DNA from: Cyanidioschyzon merolae
Lineage: Eukaryota
NCBI GenBank assembly: GCA_000091205.1
Contig: AP006497.2
DNA length: 64,000 bases
Reading direction: 5' to 3' (one strand)
Positions 22,193 to 33,750 of this stretch are shown piece by piece. A program made the translations under genes and the position numbers. Every line of letters starts with the position of its first letter. Position 1 is the stretch's first letter. Under the pieces are notes generated by a model, which was given only the letters and a program-made list of their open reading frames with translations, was not told the DNA's origin and ran no database searches.

Positions 22193-22967
22193 AAAGCGAA
22201 TTTTTCCATGATGAAACAAGTACCGGAAGGAATGCGCAGTTTGCATATACTGTCGAGACATACCGATCGATCTACGCTCCGCTTGTGCAGAGTGATGACC
22301 CAAGCTCCTCTGCAGGATATCGCTGGGTCCACAGCACGCCGTGCTCAAGATGCTTTTCGTTGCAAGCACTGGAGACAGGAGTCTCTGGAGGCACGTCCCG
22401 TGAGCGGTTTCGTTCGGCTGTGGACTGCCGTTTCTTCCACAGCGACAAAGGGATGAGGTTTTGTGTCTCGAACCGGATCGATTGCTTGCTGACGTTCCAG
22501 GTCCAGGGAGTATGCGGCGCGCGCTCCTGAACACGTCCTCAAGCCACGTCGTCGAGTTTTGGTCTCTCGTCTATCCAGCGGCGTGCACGACCGCGCCCTC
22601 GACTTGCCCTGAACTCGAAAGATCCACAGCATGAAACATGTGTGATTTGCGCACAGTACACGTCATGACATGGGAAGCGTGGCGGCGTGTCCGTATGAAC
22701 TGCATCACGATAGCGGTTGGTTAGGATTCCTTGCTCCAGCGTGTCGAGAATCAGCGTGCCTGCTGTCGCATACCGAGAATCCGGCGGCAAAGAGACGATG
22801 GAGCCAGTCCGAAAAGGCATCGAAGCACCCTAAATTTACGTATGAACCCGAAAGCCCATCTTGCAGCACTGAGCGTGTCGAGTCTATATACCTACAACAT
22901 TGGACGGGAGCAAAACAATCGAAACGCAGAAACAGTGAGGAGTAGAGCGCTCCACCGTCTTCTGACG
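22193..22967. repeat. Copy B of the roughly 780-bp direct repeat pair (copy A at 14857-15637).
   Basis: See copy A. Confidence 0.9.
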
Positions 22968-23252
22968 CAGGCGTGTCGCGCAGCCACCGTCGCAGGCGCT
23001 TCGAGTGCAGCAACAACTTGTTGTCTCTGAGCCGAGTTATCGGGCAGTTTCCACAAGCGCTGCTTTCTTCGTAGTGACTCTTTGCAGTCTGTCATCAGAT
23101 ACCTGGTTGACTCCGCAACGAGTAAGCCTACGACACAGCAGTAGTCGACTAAAGTGCACGAGCGCTCTGGTCCAGTGAGACGGTTCGTGAACCAGCCGAA
23201 GGTTGACGTCAGATAAACGCAGATTCCAGAAACGAGAGCCCCACAGGTCGTT

Positions 23253-25406
23253 GTGCTCAGCTCTGTGCTCGACATAGCAGCTGCAGTTTTTGCAATGTTT
23301 GATACGGAAAACGGCATCGTCTATACCATTGAAGAAGCCGATCCTGAACAGCTTTCGTCAACGATAGAACAGGAGAGCGATGCCTCATCAGCTAGTGAAC
23401 TCTCCTTCGCTGCAGAGTTTTTCGACTGGACAGGTCCGGAGGCGCTAGTAGAGAACGCTGCCTCTCGTCGAAGATCGGAGTCTGAACAAGCACGCGTTGA
23501 CCGGGACCCACGCCACGAAACTCCTGAACACAGAGCTAATCACCACGTCACCGATTCTGGTGAAGGCACCAAGCCTGACAGCAACGGCACCGATGCGCAT
23601 ACGGCGCTCGCTACTCATGATCGTCTGAAACCGCTTGAGAAACGCGTTCATGCTGCTAGCGCTACAAAGCATTCCAGCCCAGAGGCGAAAGTTGATACCG
23701 TCCGACAAAGCGAGTCTTGGGCGGCGCTTGCGCTCTCGCCTCGCATGCTACGGGTCGTCGAGTCGCTGGGCTGGATGCAACCAACTCCTATTCAGGCCCA
23801 AGCGATACCGGTTGCACTCGCTGGACGAGATGTGCTCGGATCTGCTGTAACGGGCTCCGGGAAGACGGCAGCCTTCCTGATCCCCATTATCGAGCGTCTG
23901 TATCGGGCGCAGCGTGCCGATGGCGTACGCTTCGCCGCTGATGCCTCACAGACTGCAGCTATACGCGTTCTTATCGTCTTACCGACTCGTGAACTCGCAG
24001 TCCAGTGTCATGCGGTGCTTGAGGCAATTTGCGATCGTACGGCGAGGGAAAGTGCACGCCGGATGAAGCAGGGCGTCGCAAAGTTCGTTGGCACGCCCGA
24101 GCAGACGCGCCTTCGCTCCGTGCTCCTAGTCGGTGGACTAGCGCTGAAACCGCAGGAACTCGCGCTGCGCCATGTTCCAGATATCATCATTGGTACCCCG
24201 GGGAGAATCATTGATCACGCTCGAAACGCTCCAAACTTCACTCTCGATGACGTTGAAATCCTGGTACTCGATGAAGCAGATCGATTGCTGCAGATGGGCT
24301 TCATGGATGAACTGCGAGAGGTGGTTCGACTATGCGCGGCGAGTGCGCCCTATCGACAGACGATGCTGTTCAGCGCGACACTGGACGCTGGTGTTGAGGA
24401 ACTGGCTCGTTTCGCGCTCGCGCCGGATCGAGTTGTAACGGTTCGCGTGGATGCTACGTTTGATCTCGTTGGAACGCTTGTCCAAGAGTTCGTGAAACTG
24501 CAAATGCCCGAAGTTCTCGTGGAGCCGGCACAAGATACGCGCGATACCCTGACGCACGCCGAGCAAGTTGTGCAGACTGAGCGCGCCGCGTTATTGCTGG
24601 CGCTCTGTTCCCGCAGCTTCACCCGCCGAGTCATTGTTTTTTTCGCCCGCAAAAGGACTGCACATCTCTTCAAAATTATCTTTGATCTCGTCGGACTACG
24701 TGCCGCGGAGTTGCACGGGAACCTAACCCAGGCGCAGCGCCTTGATGCATTGGAGGCCTTTCGCACCTGCACCAATGCAGATTTTCTGCTCTGCACCGAT
24801 CTCGCAGCGCGGGGCCTCGATATCCACGGGGTAGAAACGGTGTTGAATTATGAGTTGCCGAAAGATATTCGGGAATACGTCCACCGGGTGGGCCGCACTG
24901 CACGCGCGGGTAAGCATGGTCGGGCAGTCTCGATATTCCAACAGACAGACCGGAAGGAGCGTCATCTGCTGCGACGCTTGCGGGAGCAGGCTCGACGATA
25001 TCGGGTAGATGCTCTCCGGGGAGATGCACCTGTACCCGCTCCTGTTCTCCTTGAACGTCGAATACCTGCAACGGTGATCCGGGAGTGGCGTGATCGGCTG
25101 CATTCCCTCCTGGATAGCGTTCGAGAGAAACTGCGACAGGAACGGGAGCATCGGGAGCTCGAACGTGCTGAACGGCTCGAGCGAAAAGCGCATAATCTTC
25201 TCATCCATGAGCAGGAGATATATGCACGACCGCCGCGAACTTGGTTCCAGAGCAAGGCCGAACGAAAACGTGCGCAGATGGTTGATCAGGAACCTGCCTC
25301 GAAGGAGCGTTCTGAACGTTCTAATTCTCACAAACACGATAAGGTGCGGAAGCGCAAGCTGGTAACAGCGACAAATCGAGGTGCGCACAACCGGAGTAGG
25401 ATGTGA
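23253..25406 (+). CDS. DEAD-box ATP-dependent RNA helicase of the Drs1/DDX27-like class, with a basic C-terminal tail. 717 aa, single exon.
   Basis: Motifs: Q-motif region, I AVTGSGKTAAF, Ia PTRELAVQ, II VLDEADRLL, III SAT, and VI HRVGRTARAG. The K/R-rich C-terminus is typical of nucleolar DDX27/Drs1. Confidence 0.9.
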   Translation: MLSSVLDIAAAVFAMFDTENGIVYTIEEADPEQLSSTIEQESDASSASELSFAAEFFDWTGPEALVENAASRRRSESEQARVDRDPRHETPEHRANHHVTDSGEGTKPDSNGTDAHTALATHDRLKPLEKRVHAASATKHSSPEAKVDTVRQSESWAALALSPRMLRVVESLGWMQPTPIQAQAIPVALAGRDVLGSAVTGSGKTAAFLIPIIERLYRAQRADGVRFAADASQTAAIRVLIVLPTRELAVQCHAVLEAICDRTARESARRMKQGVAKFVGTPEQTRLRSVLLVGGLALKPQELALRHVPDIIIGTPGRIIDHARNAPNFTLDDVEILVLDEADRLLQMGFMDELREVVRLCAASAPYRQTMLFSATLDAGVEELARFALAPDRVVTVRVDATFDLVGTLVQEFVKLQMPEVLVEPAQDTRDTLTHAEQVVQTERAALLLALCSRSFTRRVIVFFARKRTAHLFKIIFDLVGLRAAELHGNLTQAQRLDALEAFRTCTNADFLLCTDLAARGLDIHGVETVLNYELPKDIREYVHRVGRTARAGKHGRAVSIFQQTDRKERHLLRRLREQARRYRVDALRGDAPVPAPVLLERRIPATVIREWRDRLHSLLDSVREKLRQEREHRELERAERLERKAHNLLIHEQEIYARPPRTWFQSKAERKRAQMVDQEPASKERSERSNSHKHDKVRKRKLVTATNRGAHNRSRM

Positions 25407-25674
25407 ACGGGTGCGGTGGTGGTATCCACGGCTTTGTACTCAGTCGCATGGTTGTGTCGATTCTGTTTAAGCAGCTTTGGCAAAAGCCAAAACGAGCGTG
25501 TTCATCGTTCAACCACGATTTCTTAGCCCGCAGCGACTGAAAGCAACTGGGCGCGCTTTAGGTTTCCGCGGCAGCGACGGGCGAGTCGCTTCACGACGCT
25601 TCGTTCAGTTGCAAGTCGAGCATCCTGTGGTCTGTGCACCTGGGATAGACTAACGCCGTGGAGGATGCGGAACC

Positions 25675-26714
25675 ACGCTGCAGCTGGTAAAAAGAGGTAC
25701 CTCCAAAGACGCTGATACTCTCCGCTAATCGAGCTACAAGACATGCTCTGCAAAGAAGAGCTAGGAAGGGCTCTTGCAGTATGCTGCAGCTGGTAAAACG
25801 AGGTACCTCCAAAGACGCTGATACTCTCCACTAATCGAGCTACCTAGACATGCTCTGCAAAGAAGAGCTAGGAAGGGCTCTTGCAGTATGCTGCAGCTGG
25901 TAAAACGAGGAACCTCCAAAGACGCTGATACTCTCCGCCAATCGAGCTACCAAGACATGCTCTGCAAAGAAGAGCTAGGAAGGGCTCTTGCAGTATGCTG
26001 CAGCTGGTAAAACGAGATACCTCCAAAGACGCTGATACTCTCCACTAATCGAGCTACCTAGACATGCTCTGCAAAGAAGAGCTAGGAAGGGCTCTTGCAG
26101 TATGCTGCAGCTGGTAAAACGAGGAACCTCCAAAGACGCTGATACTCTCCGCCAATCGAGCTACCAAGACATGCTCTGCAAAGAAGAGCTAGGAAGGGCT
26201 CTTGCAGTATGCTGCAGATGGTAAAACGAGATACCTCCAAAGACGCTGATACTCTCCACTAATCGAGCTACCTAGACATGCTCTGCAAAGAAGAGCTAGG
26301 AAGGGCTCTTGCAGTATGCTGCAGATGGTAAAACGAGATACCTCCAAAGACGCTGATACTCTCCACTAATCGAGCTACCTAGACATGCTCTGCAAAGAAG
26401 AGCTAGGAAGGGCTCTTGCAGTATGCTGCAGATGGTAAAACGAGATACCTCCAAAGACGCTGATACTCTCCACTAATCGAGCTACCTAGACATGCTCTGC
26501 AAAGAAGAGCTAGGAAGGGCTCTTGCAGTATGCTGCAGATGGTAAAACGAGATACCTCCAAAGACGCTGATACTCTCCACTAATCGAGCTACCTAGACAT
26601 GCTCTGCAAAGAAGAGCTAGGAAGGGCTCTTGCAGTATGCTGCAGCTGGTAAAACGAGGTACCTCCAAAGACGCTGATACTCTCCGCTAATCGAGCTACC
26701 TAGACATGCTCTGT
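25675..26714. repeat. Tandem satellite with a 106-107-bp unit in about 10 copies, showing higher-order alternation of two unit subtypes. It lies in the intergenic region between the DEAD-box and acyl-CoA synthetase-like genes.
   Basis: The unit cagctggtaaaacgag(g/a)(t/a)acctccaaagacgctgatactctcc(g/a)c(t/c)aatcgagctac(c)(t/a)agacatgctctgcaaagaagagctaggaagggctcttgcagtatgctg recurs head-to-tail. Variant positions alternate in copies 3-6 and are homogenised in copies 7-10. Confidence 0.95.
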
Positions 26715-26806
26715 AGCGATGATCCAGCTGGCGCCCCTACACCTAACTGTATCCCCAGCTGTGGAGCGGAGCACCGCTCGAGCGACACCAACCTGGAACT
26801 CGCCGC

Positions 26807-29800
26807 ATGCACCTGCCAGCGCATCCCGTGAACAACTTTTATCGGATTCTAGCGCCTGGAGTGCGAACCGACACGTCCTGCTCCAGCCGAACACTTTCGA
26901 GGAGAGGTTTTGCGTTGATGGACGCTGATTTTCCCGAATGGGAAGCTCCAGCGGTCAGCCTCTTCGATTGTTTGCTCCAGGGGTGTCACGAGAACCCGAA
27001 CGGTCGTTGTGTACGCTGCGAGAACAGCGTCGGGTGTCCTGTCGCCTCCGTTTCTTCGGACGGCTGGCTGGCCTACGCACAAGTCAGAGCGTACGTGGAT
27101 CGCCTTATCGCATACCTGCAGAGCGAGCCATTGAAACTGACTCCAGGGAAACGCGTTGCCGTTTATAGCGTGTTTCGGTGGGAGGTCTCGATCGTTCTTA
27201 GCGCGGCGAGCTTTCTGCAACTGCCCGTCGTGCTCATCGACGCACACGAAGACGTCTCCTTTGCTCGTGCGCTACTCAATAACCAATGTGTTTCACTTCT
27301 GTTTCTTGGTCAGGAACAGAACTGCGAGGAACTCCAGAGCTATGCAGGTAGGTGTCTGCTTTTGGGAGCGGCGGCTCTAGACCTGCCGTCGCAGCCGCCG
27401 ACACTATTCTCGGTACTGCAGGTCGACACTGCCCCGGAGGTCGTGACATCTGGGCAACCTCGTCGAAAAGACTCCGTCGCGCTGATCATGCCAACCGCGG
27501 GCATGACAGGTCCACGACGAGTCATCTGCGTAACCGAAGAACAGCTAGCCCAAGCCGCACATGCGCTAGCCCCGTTGCTTCAGTATACATCGTCGGATGT
27601 AGTCTGTTTTCTGACATACTCCATATTTCATCCATTTTTTATTGTACATATCCTGCTGTTATTCCGAGCTGGCGGTGCCTTTGGAGCCGAACTCCAGACA
27701 CTCGACAATATACGAAAAATGCGTACAACCGTGCTTGTTGGCCCAGGTGCTATACTATCCACATTCTATGAGCTTCTCCGCAAAGAGGGTGAAAAGCTTC
27801 GCGGACTTGCGCGTCGCATCTTTGCGCTGCTCGTGGAGCAACCTCCATTGAATCAATGGGACCCAAAAGCGGCGCTGAAGAGCACGCGAACAGGCATCGC
27901 GCGCTCGGTGATGCGCAGCATCCGCGACCTCTTCGTGCCCCAGTATCGCCTGACGGTCAGCGGCATCTCGCGACTCGCCGAGGACACACGACTCTGTCTG
28001 GAGCGGCTCCTTCTGGAACCTGTACTCGATGTATACGGGCCATCGGAGTGGGCTGGCGTGTGTCTTGCTCGAACGCGCAAACGAGAGCATGACGAATGGT
28101 TCTGTATCCTGAGCAGTCCCTTCAACCGTCTGGGCCGTCTCTCGACACTCATGCGTCAGGGCGAACATACGGCGTACGGCGAGCTGCACCTCCATATCAA
28201 CGGAAAATGGACAGCGACGGGGGATCTCTTTCGTTTCATCATGAACCGGGGTCCAAGTGACCCTGAAGCACCGCAATGGCGAGCGCTCGCATTTGTGGAT
28301 AGGATCTCGAAGATCGTGCTTTGTGCAGAGCACGGTGCGAACGAGTTGGATACCTCTTTGGTGGAGCCAATTGAGCTTTCTCCACATGAGAAACAACCGC
28401 CGTTTCTCTCACTGAGTCTCATGGAACGGGCATCACAGCGCAGTGCCTTTGTTCGACAGTGCTGGATCTCGTTTGAGGCACCACAGCGTCTCATGGTTCT
28501 TCTGGTTCCCGTCCGCGACATGGTATGGAAATGGCTACGAATGCGACAATCCGCGAATGGCACTGCACTCGTGCCGTCCAGAGACGCGCTTTCGGTCGAG
28601 CCGATGCGAGATGTCTGCAACGACGCCCTGTTCCAGGAGGCTGTTGTGTGCGACCTGCGGCGCGTGCTCGTCAACTGTCGTGCCATCAGAGACGAATGGT
28701 TTGATGCGCTCTCCTGGGAAATCTATTTTGAGCCACAACTCGATGCGGGCTGCTTCGATTTGGGCTTCACTCCGCGCAACCGCCTCTTAACACCGTCGTT
28801 CGAATTGAGAACGAAATCACTTCGTGCCTATTATGGGAAAGAGCTTGGTATTCCGGTGCCGAGGGCCTCGCTGGAGCGCGGTGCGTTACTCGCAGAGCAG
28901 CTTGATGAGGAGGGCAGGCTCTCGGAATCCTCGAATAGCGACGAATTCGAATCAGACATAGGCGACGAGCCGGAGACTGCAACCGCTTCGAGTCTACAGC
29001 GATGGCTTTTGACGCTCTGGTCGGCTTTGCGCGCTGACCTCGTCGATCCTGTTTTGAATGCTGATGAAGAATGCATCGAGCATCGCTCGTTTTGGGGACG
29101 CATATTTCACCGTCAGCTAGTCACGTCCGATTCCGCCGAAAGGGCAACTACGCGAAGCACGCGAGAGACCTCAGCTGGTGAAGCTGCATCCACCAGCATA
29201 CCTCGCACAGACCCCGATCCAGATGGTGCTTCAAAAGGCCCAGCACCCGCTCAGGAGATAGGCTGGATCGCACGTTTCTGGCGATCAGCGGGCGATCCTG
29301 GTCTCAGCGAGCGTCCCCCGGTGCATTTGCCACGCTTCGCGAGCCTCGATGCTGACCTGCCCGATGGTGCTTGTTTGCCGCTGTTGCATTCGACGCGAAA
29401 TACTGGTCGACGACAAAGACAAAAGGCGCACGATGGACGGCTACGTAGCCGTGATGGTGGTGCAGCTTCAGGGCACTCGCGATGGCGCCTCGGTCGATTG
29501 TGGAACACGTTGGTCCATGAATCGCCAGATCACGACTGTGTGGATGCTGGTGCTGCTACACAAGTTGATCGTGGAGCGGGCGACGGGGCGGATATGGTGG
29601 GAGGCCTCACGGCATCGGGCGCCTCAGAAGCTGCAGCGCAGATGCCTCGATGGCGGCGCTGGTTGCACGTCCCGAGAGTCACAGCGTCAGGCGTGTGCGG
29701 TGCTCCCCAAATGAACGAGCACATGAGAACGATTCGGAAAGGGCGTAAGCGGAACCGCTATGATCACCACTCTGCCGAGTCGCTTTCCATATCTGATTCT

Positions 29801-30085
29801 GAGATAGCACGGCGATTTCAGCGCCCGTGGCGGAAGTTTCCTGTACAGTTCCATGCAGCGGCTGCCGGTCGCATTCGGCAATGGTGGACGGGCCGCGACT
29901 CCAGTGACCGGCACGTGAACGCGAGCGTCACTAGCATTCGAGAGCACAGTGATGATCACTGCATCGCAAGTGCTTCAAATGCCACTGAGCAAGGAGTTTG
30001 TACAGAGACGAGTTCGAATGTGAGCGCGGTAGATTCGCTTTCAGAGAACTACCAGGGATCCATGCGTATTCAAGGTCTTCCATGA
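26807..30085 (+). CDS. Adenylate-forming enzyme of the ANL superfamily (long-chain acyl-CoA synthetase-like), with a roughly 450-aa low-complexity C-terminal extension. The real start may be at 26919 (MDADFPEW).
   Basis: Degenerate ANL motifs: A3 IMPTAGMTGPRRV (compare T[SG]GTTG.PK), A5 VYGPSEWAG (YG.TE), A7 NGKWTATGDLF (GW..TGD), and an A8-like FVDRISKIVLCAEHGANEL. Confidence 0.6.
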   Translation: MHLPAHPVNNFYRILAPGVRTDTSCSSRTLSRRGFALMDADFPEWEAPAVSLFDCLLQGCHENPNGRCVRCENSVGCPVASVSSDGWLAYAQVRAYVDRLIAYLQSEPLKLTPGKRVAVYSVFRWEVSIVLSAASFLQLPVVLIDAHEDVSFARALLNNQCVSLLFLGQEQNCEELQSYAGRCLLLGAAALDLPSQPPTLFSVLQVDTAPEVVTSGQPRRKDSVALIMPTAGMTGPRRVICVTEEQLAQAAHALAPLLQYTSSDVVCFLTYSIFHPFFIVHILLLFRAGGAFGAELQTLDNIRKMRTTVLVGPGAILSTFYELLRKEGEKLRGLARRIFALLVEQPPLNQWDPKAALKSTRTGIARSVMRSIRDLFVPQYRLTVSGISRLAEDTRLCLERLLLEPVLDVYGPSEWAGVCLARTRKREHDEWFCILSSPFNRLGRLSTLMRQGEHTAYGELHLHINGKWTATGDLFRFIMNRGPSDPEAPQWRALAFVDRISKIVLCAEHGANELDTSLVEPIELSPHEKQPPFLSLSLMERASQRSAFVRQCWISFEAPQRLMVLLVPVRDMVWKWLRMRQSANGTALVPSRDALSVEPMRDVCNDALFQEAVVCDLRRVLVNCRAIRDEWFDALSWEIYFEPQLDAGCFDLGFTPRNRLLTPSFELRTKSLRAYYGKELGIPVPRASLERGALLAEQLDEEGRLSESSNSDEFESDIGDEPETATASSLQRWLLTLWSALRADLVDPVLNADEECIEHRSFWGRIFHRQLVTSDSAERATTRSTRETSAGEAASTSIPRTDPDPDGASKGPAPAQEIGWIARFWRSAGDPGLSERPPVHLPRFASLDADLPDGACLPLLHSTRNTGRRQRQKAHDGRLRSRDGGAASGHSRWRLGRLWNTLVHESPDHDCVDAGAATQVDRGAGDGADMVGGLTASGASEAAAQMPRWRRWLHVPRVTASGVCGAPQMNEHMRTIRKGRKRNRYDHHSAESLSISDSEIARRFQRPWRKFPVQFHAAAAGRIRQWWTGRDSSDRHVNASVTSIREHSDDHCIASASNATEQGVCTETSSNVSAVDSLSENYQGSMRIQGLP

Positions 30086-33000
30086 AGAATCGCGTTGACA
30101 GAGAGGCATGGAGGCAGACAGTGGTGCATTTCGCTATGGCAGCCGATCCTAGTGCATCCAGATTCTGGGCACGGTTTGCAAAGGGACCTACTTGGGCGAC
30201 AAGTCGGGTAGATGCCATTATTCATCTTTCGCATGGTTGCGAGTATTGCATTCCAGACGGTCTTTATGATCGTATGAAACGAAATGTTAATGTGACGGTG
30301 GCAAAATCTCATGGCGTCCTACAGTGTACGCAGAGCAGTGCTTTTGGATACACATGTGTGAGCGCGCTCCCTTTTTTGTTGTTGTTTTTCGAGTAGGTAT
30401 TCAACAAAATGGGTGTATCCATAATATTCGAGAGACGTGGCCGGAACACGTGAAGCTACCCCTTGAAGCTTGTGGAAAATGGATTCACTTGCTCTAGAAA
30501 GTTTTGTCTAGGCTTAATAGGTGGGTGAACCATGTCTCTTTCAGGTCTGGTTGCGAGCGTCATGGACCTAAACAGACCATGTCAAACATAATTCACGCAA
30601 TTGGCCCCTGGTCAGTACGTATCACTCCCGATATTCTCTACGACCTATGACAAAACGCCACAGGATGTGAGGTTCACACAAGGATCATACTTATAATCAT
30701 GCATAGACACAGATGGAGGGAACAAAGCATGCCTTGATGTGCGATTCGTGCATATTGAACAATACACGATCGATTCGGGAGTGAAATGCGAACGCCTGAT
30801 ACAAGAGCGAAAAGCGTTCGTCTCAGTTGATGAGAATGTCCTCACGCGAAATGATAGATATGGATATGGGGATCGAATGGATGACAAAGCGCTGTTCCTA
30901 AGGAAGAGACAAGCCAGCATAATGACATCTTCGGTAATAGCGACGACTTAGCCGTGTGAAGGCCTACAAGACGCGTCAAACGGAAGATATCGCTCAACAC
31001 CAGAACCGTCGTTGAAGCAGTTCTTGCCTGCATTGTCCCGTATTCGGCGGTCATGCTCCTGCTCAGCGCGACTTCCCGTTGTTCCAAAGCGGTCGAGGTG
31101 TACGCAGCTGACGTTGGTTTTGCGATACTGCACTTGCGAACATCTCCTCCCTGGTTCCGTTCAATCGACGGCGTATGCTGTCTTGTCGAACACCATCTCT
31201 ACGACGGCGTATACGTAGACGAGTCATTCGCATCTGGAACATCAAAGTTCTTCGAGGAGTCGTACGCGACCTTCACCAGTCCTGAACGGGCCTGTTGCTC
31301 CTCTGCACATGCGTAGGAGCGGACGGAGCGGCGCGCTTCGGTACGTGAGCGTGCTCGCGACAGCAAAGGCCTAAACCGTACATGAGGAATTGTGTTCACT
31401 GATGCATCGAAGAGAAGGGCACCATTGCCAACGTCTACTCAGGTCGTCTGATTTCCGTTGACTCAATGGGCTTGGAGTGGAGCGCCCACGCCTACGCAAA
31501 CCTGAAAACTCACGGAGAAGGCGAAGCGGTAGAAGGGGAAGAATGTCACCTCACAAGCAACAGTCAGTTGCTTTCGAAAACAGCACAAGGAGAGATCGGA
31601 AGGAAAACTGGTTGTTGCGGGGAGGTCACTCTGGACGCAGTGTCAACGCCTCGCTATGACGACACGTCAACGGGGAGGATCCTCCAAAAAACGAGTTTCG
31701 GGACGCCATGAAGTCTCTCGAAGCTTTCCTCATCTTGATGCGCATCGTCAAACACTTGTGCTTAGGCGAACCGGACGCACGATTTCGGTCTCCCGTACAC
31801 TTCTTGGGATTTGCTCTATCCATCCGGCATGCGGCAACACAACTGATACCCAGGCCAGAAGATGCAACACCGCCTGATTGTAGGATAAGAACGTTGAAAA
31901 CGCGCTCTCGAGGATAGCTTGCGGCGTCGCCGTGCCACCTCGGCGATGAGCGCGTCTACGACGCGTTTGCGGAAACTTGTGAAACTAACCTCCGCATCCA
32001 TTTGTGGATCGGTCTGGAGCACTTGAGAAAGTATATCTTGTCGGTGTTGGGCGGTCGTATTCTCGGAGCATCGGTCGAGAACGCGGGAACCTATGCAAGG
32101 AAGGAATCCTTAGAATGTCGATTGCGGCAGATGACGTGCTGACGTTGGCGGCCGATGCTATCGATGCGCTTGTGCGTTCCAAAGAGGTGTCGCAACGAGC
32201 GCGTTGATCGCTGCAGATCATCGAAGTTCATTGGGTCGCTCACGGCCTCGCAGCGGCGGACATCGTACCCCACGCTAGATGAACCGCGATGCATCTTGCG
32301 CTATGACAATATCGAGAAGCGAACTCCCCCGAGCCAGGCGGACTTTCTTTCCGAATGCGAGCGCCCGAGCCGCTTCCACCGGCAATGACATGTGGTACCC
32401 GAACGGGAGCTAGAGGCCGAGTATATCATCGTTGACGCATGGATAGCGTATGGTCTCCTTAATGGGCTATGGCTGGTCTCTGCGACCAACATTGCAGCAT
32501 TCGAACAGCTTCGCGAAGAGCATCGGCCGCGCTTGTTCAAGATTTCCCGTTTACCGGAAAGAGAGACACAGAAGCATACATAGACGAGTGAGAGCAGCAG
32601 ACGATCCTTCTGCATGTGCTATGTTAGACTCAGTGCTGAGTCGAATAACGGGGCTCGTTTTCAAATGCTCCAGGTAGCTTTTACAGACACTGCGTGGCGG
32701 GCGTAGATTCCTGGTTGATGGGCGTCGTGGCGGTCGCAGTACCGCCAGACCAAGGTGACAGAGCCAAGAGACCCGTACGCAAAGCAAGTGAAGCTGCCCG
32801 ACTTGCCCAGTGCCCAGGATCGTCGAGTCGGGCATGATATACGCCCGGGTGCATACGAACGAGCGGCATGACTGCTTCATGGACCATGGCAACGCCCTGA
32901 GCATCGTATCGCGCAGAAGGAAATGCTTTGTACACTACGGTATGTGCGCTAATGAGCGTCCACACGGCTGTTGTGGACGATTTCTGGCCTCGGTACATAA

Positions 33001-33299
33001 GCCATCACGGAGATCGCCAACGTTTATTGATGGACGAATGCGAGAAGCGTACGTCTGCGAGCTTGTTCCATGAACAGGGAAGGTAGATGACCGATTACGC
33101 GCGTCATTTAGCGGCGGTGGGAGCCCCTGCCGCAGGACGCGTTGTCGAGCGAAATAGCTACGCTCCTCCTCTCTCGAACAGAGTGTACAGCGGGTGCAGG
33201 AATCGATTCTATAAGATTTCTGTCGATGCTTTCAGGATGACATTCGCGCGTCACGAGCACATGTGCTCGCTCCAAAACGTTTAGAAGCGGGAAGCGAAT

Positions 33300-33750
33300 C
33301 AGAGACGGACGCACGACATGGTGCCTCGCGTACGGACGGCATATTAGGTAGCGAGGCAATCGAAGGGAAACGACTTGCGGGGGTGTGATTCCACCAGCAA
33401 GCGTTCGCGCAAGCACTCGCTGCACCGTCACTTGAGCGTCTCGGTGAGCACTGGGAAATCTGTAGGAGTTCAGGAGTGTCCAGCGGCTTGGAGTTGTGCG
33501 AGCGTTAACGGAATCAATTTGTACACAGTGCATGGGTATTGTAGTGAATCGCAGGGGGCCTCGCGATGAAAACGATCATTAGTCACGAACGTGCGCATTG
33601 GACTCTCGCATGGTGCAACGCAAGGAAATGGTGCGGTTCAGCGATCCACTGAGACTGGAACGCCCTGCATACACACCAGAAATGGTTTACATTGCCATGC
33701 GGTAAACGACAATGGTGTTCCGTTGATTGCTATTTTTCTGAGTGCAAGTC
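33300..33750. repeat. Copy 1 of a roughly 450-bp direct repeat pair (copy 2 at 38931-39381).
   Basis: About 98-99% nucleotide identity. Identical ORFs in both copies (MR(G/W)CDSTSKRSRKHSLHRHLSVSV…; MRIGLSHGATQGNGAVQRSTETG…). Confidence 0.9.

Noticed and set aside
25675-26714. Tandem array considered as a CRISPR locus
   Set aside because: The units are contiguous 106-bp repeats with no unique spacers, and the genomic context is eukaryotic. It is a satellite, not CRISPR.
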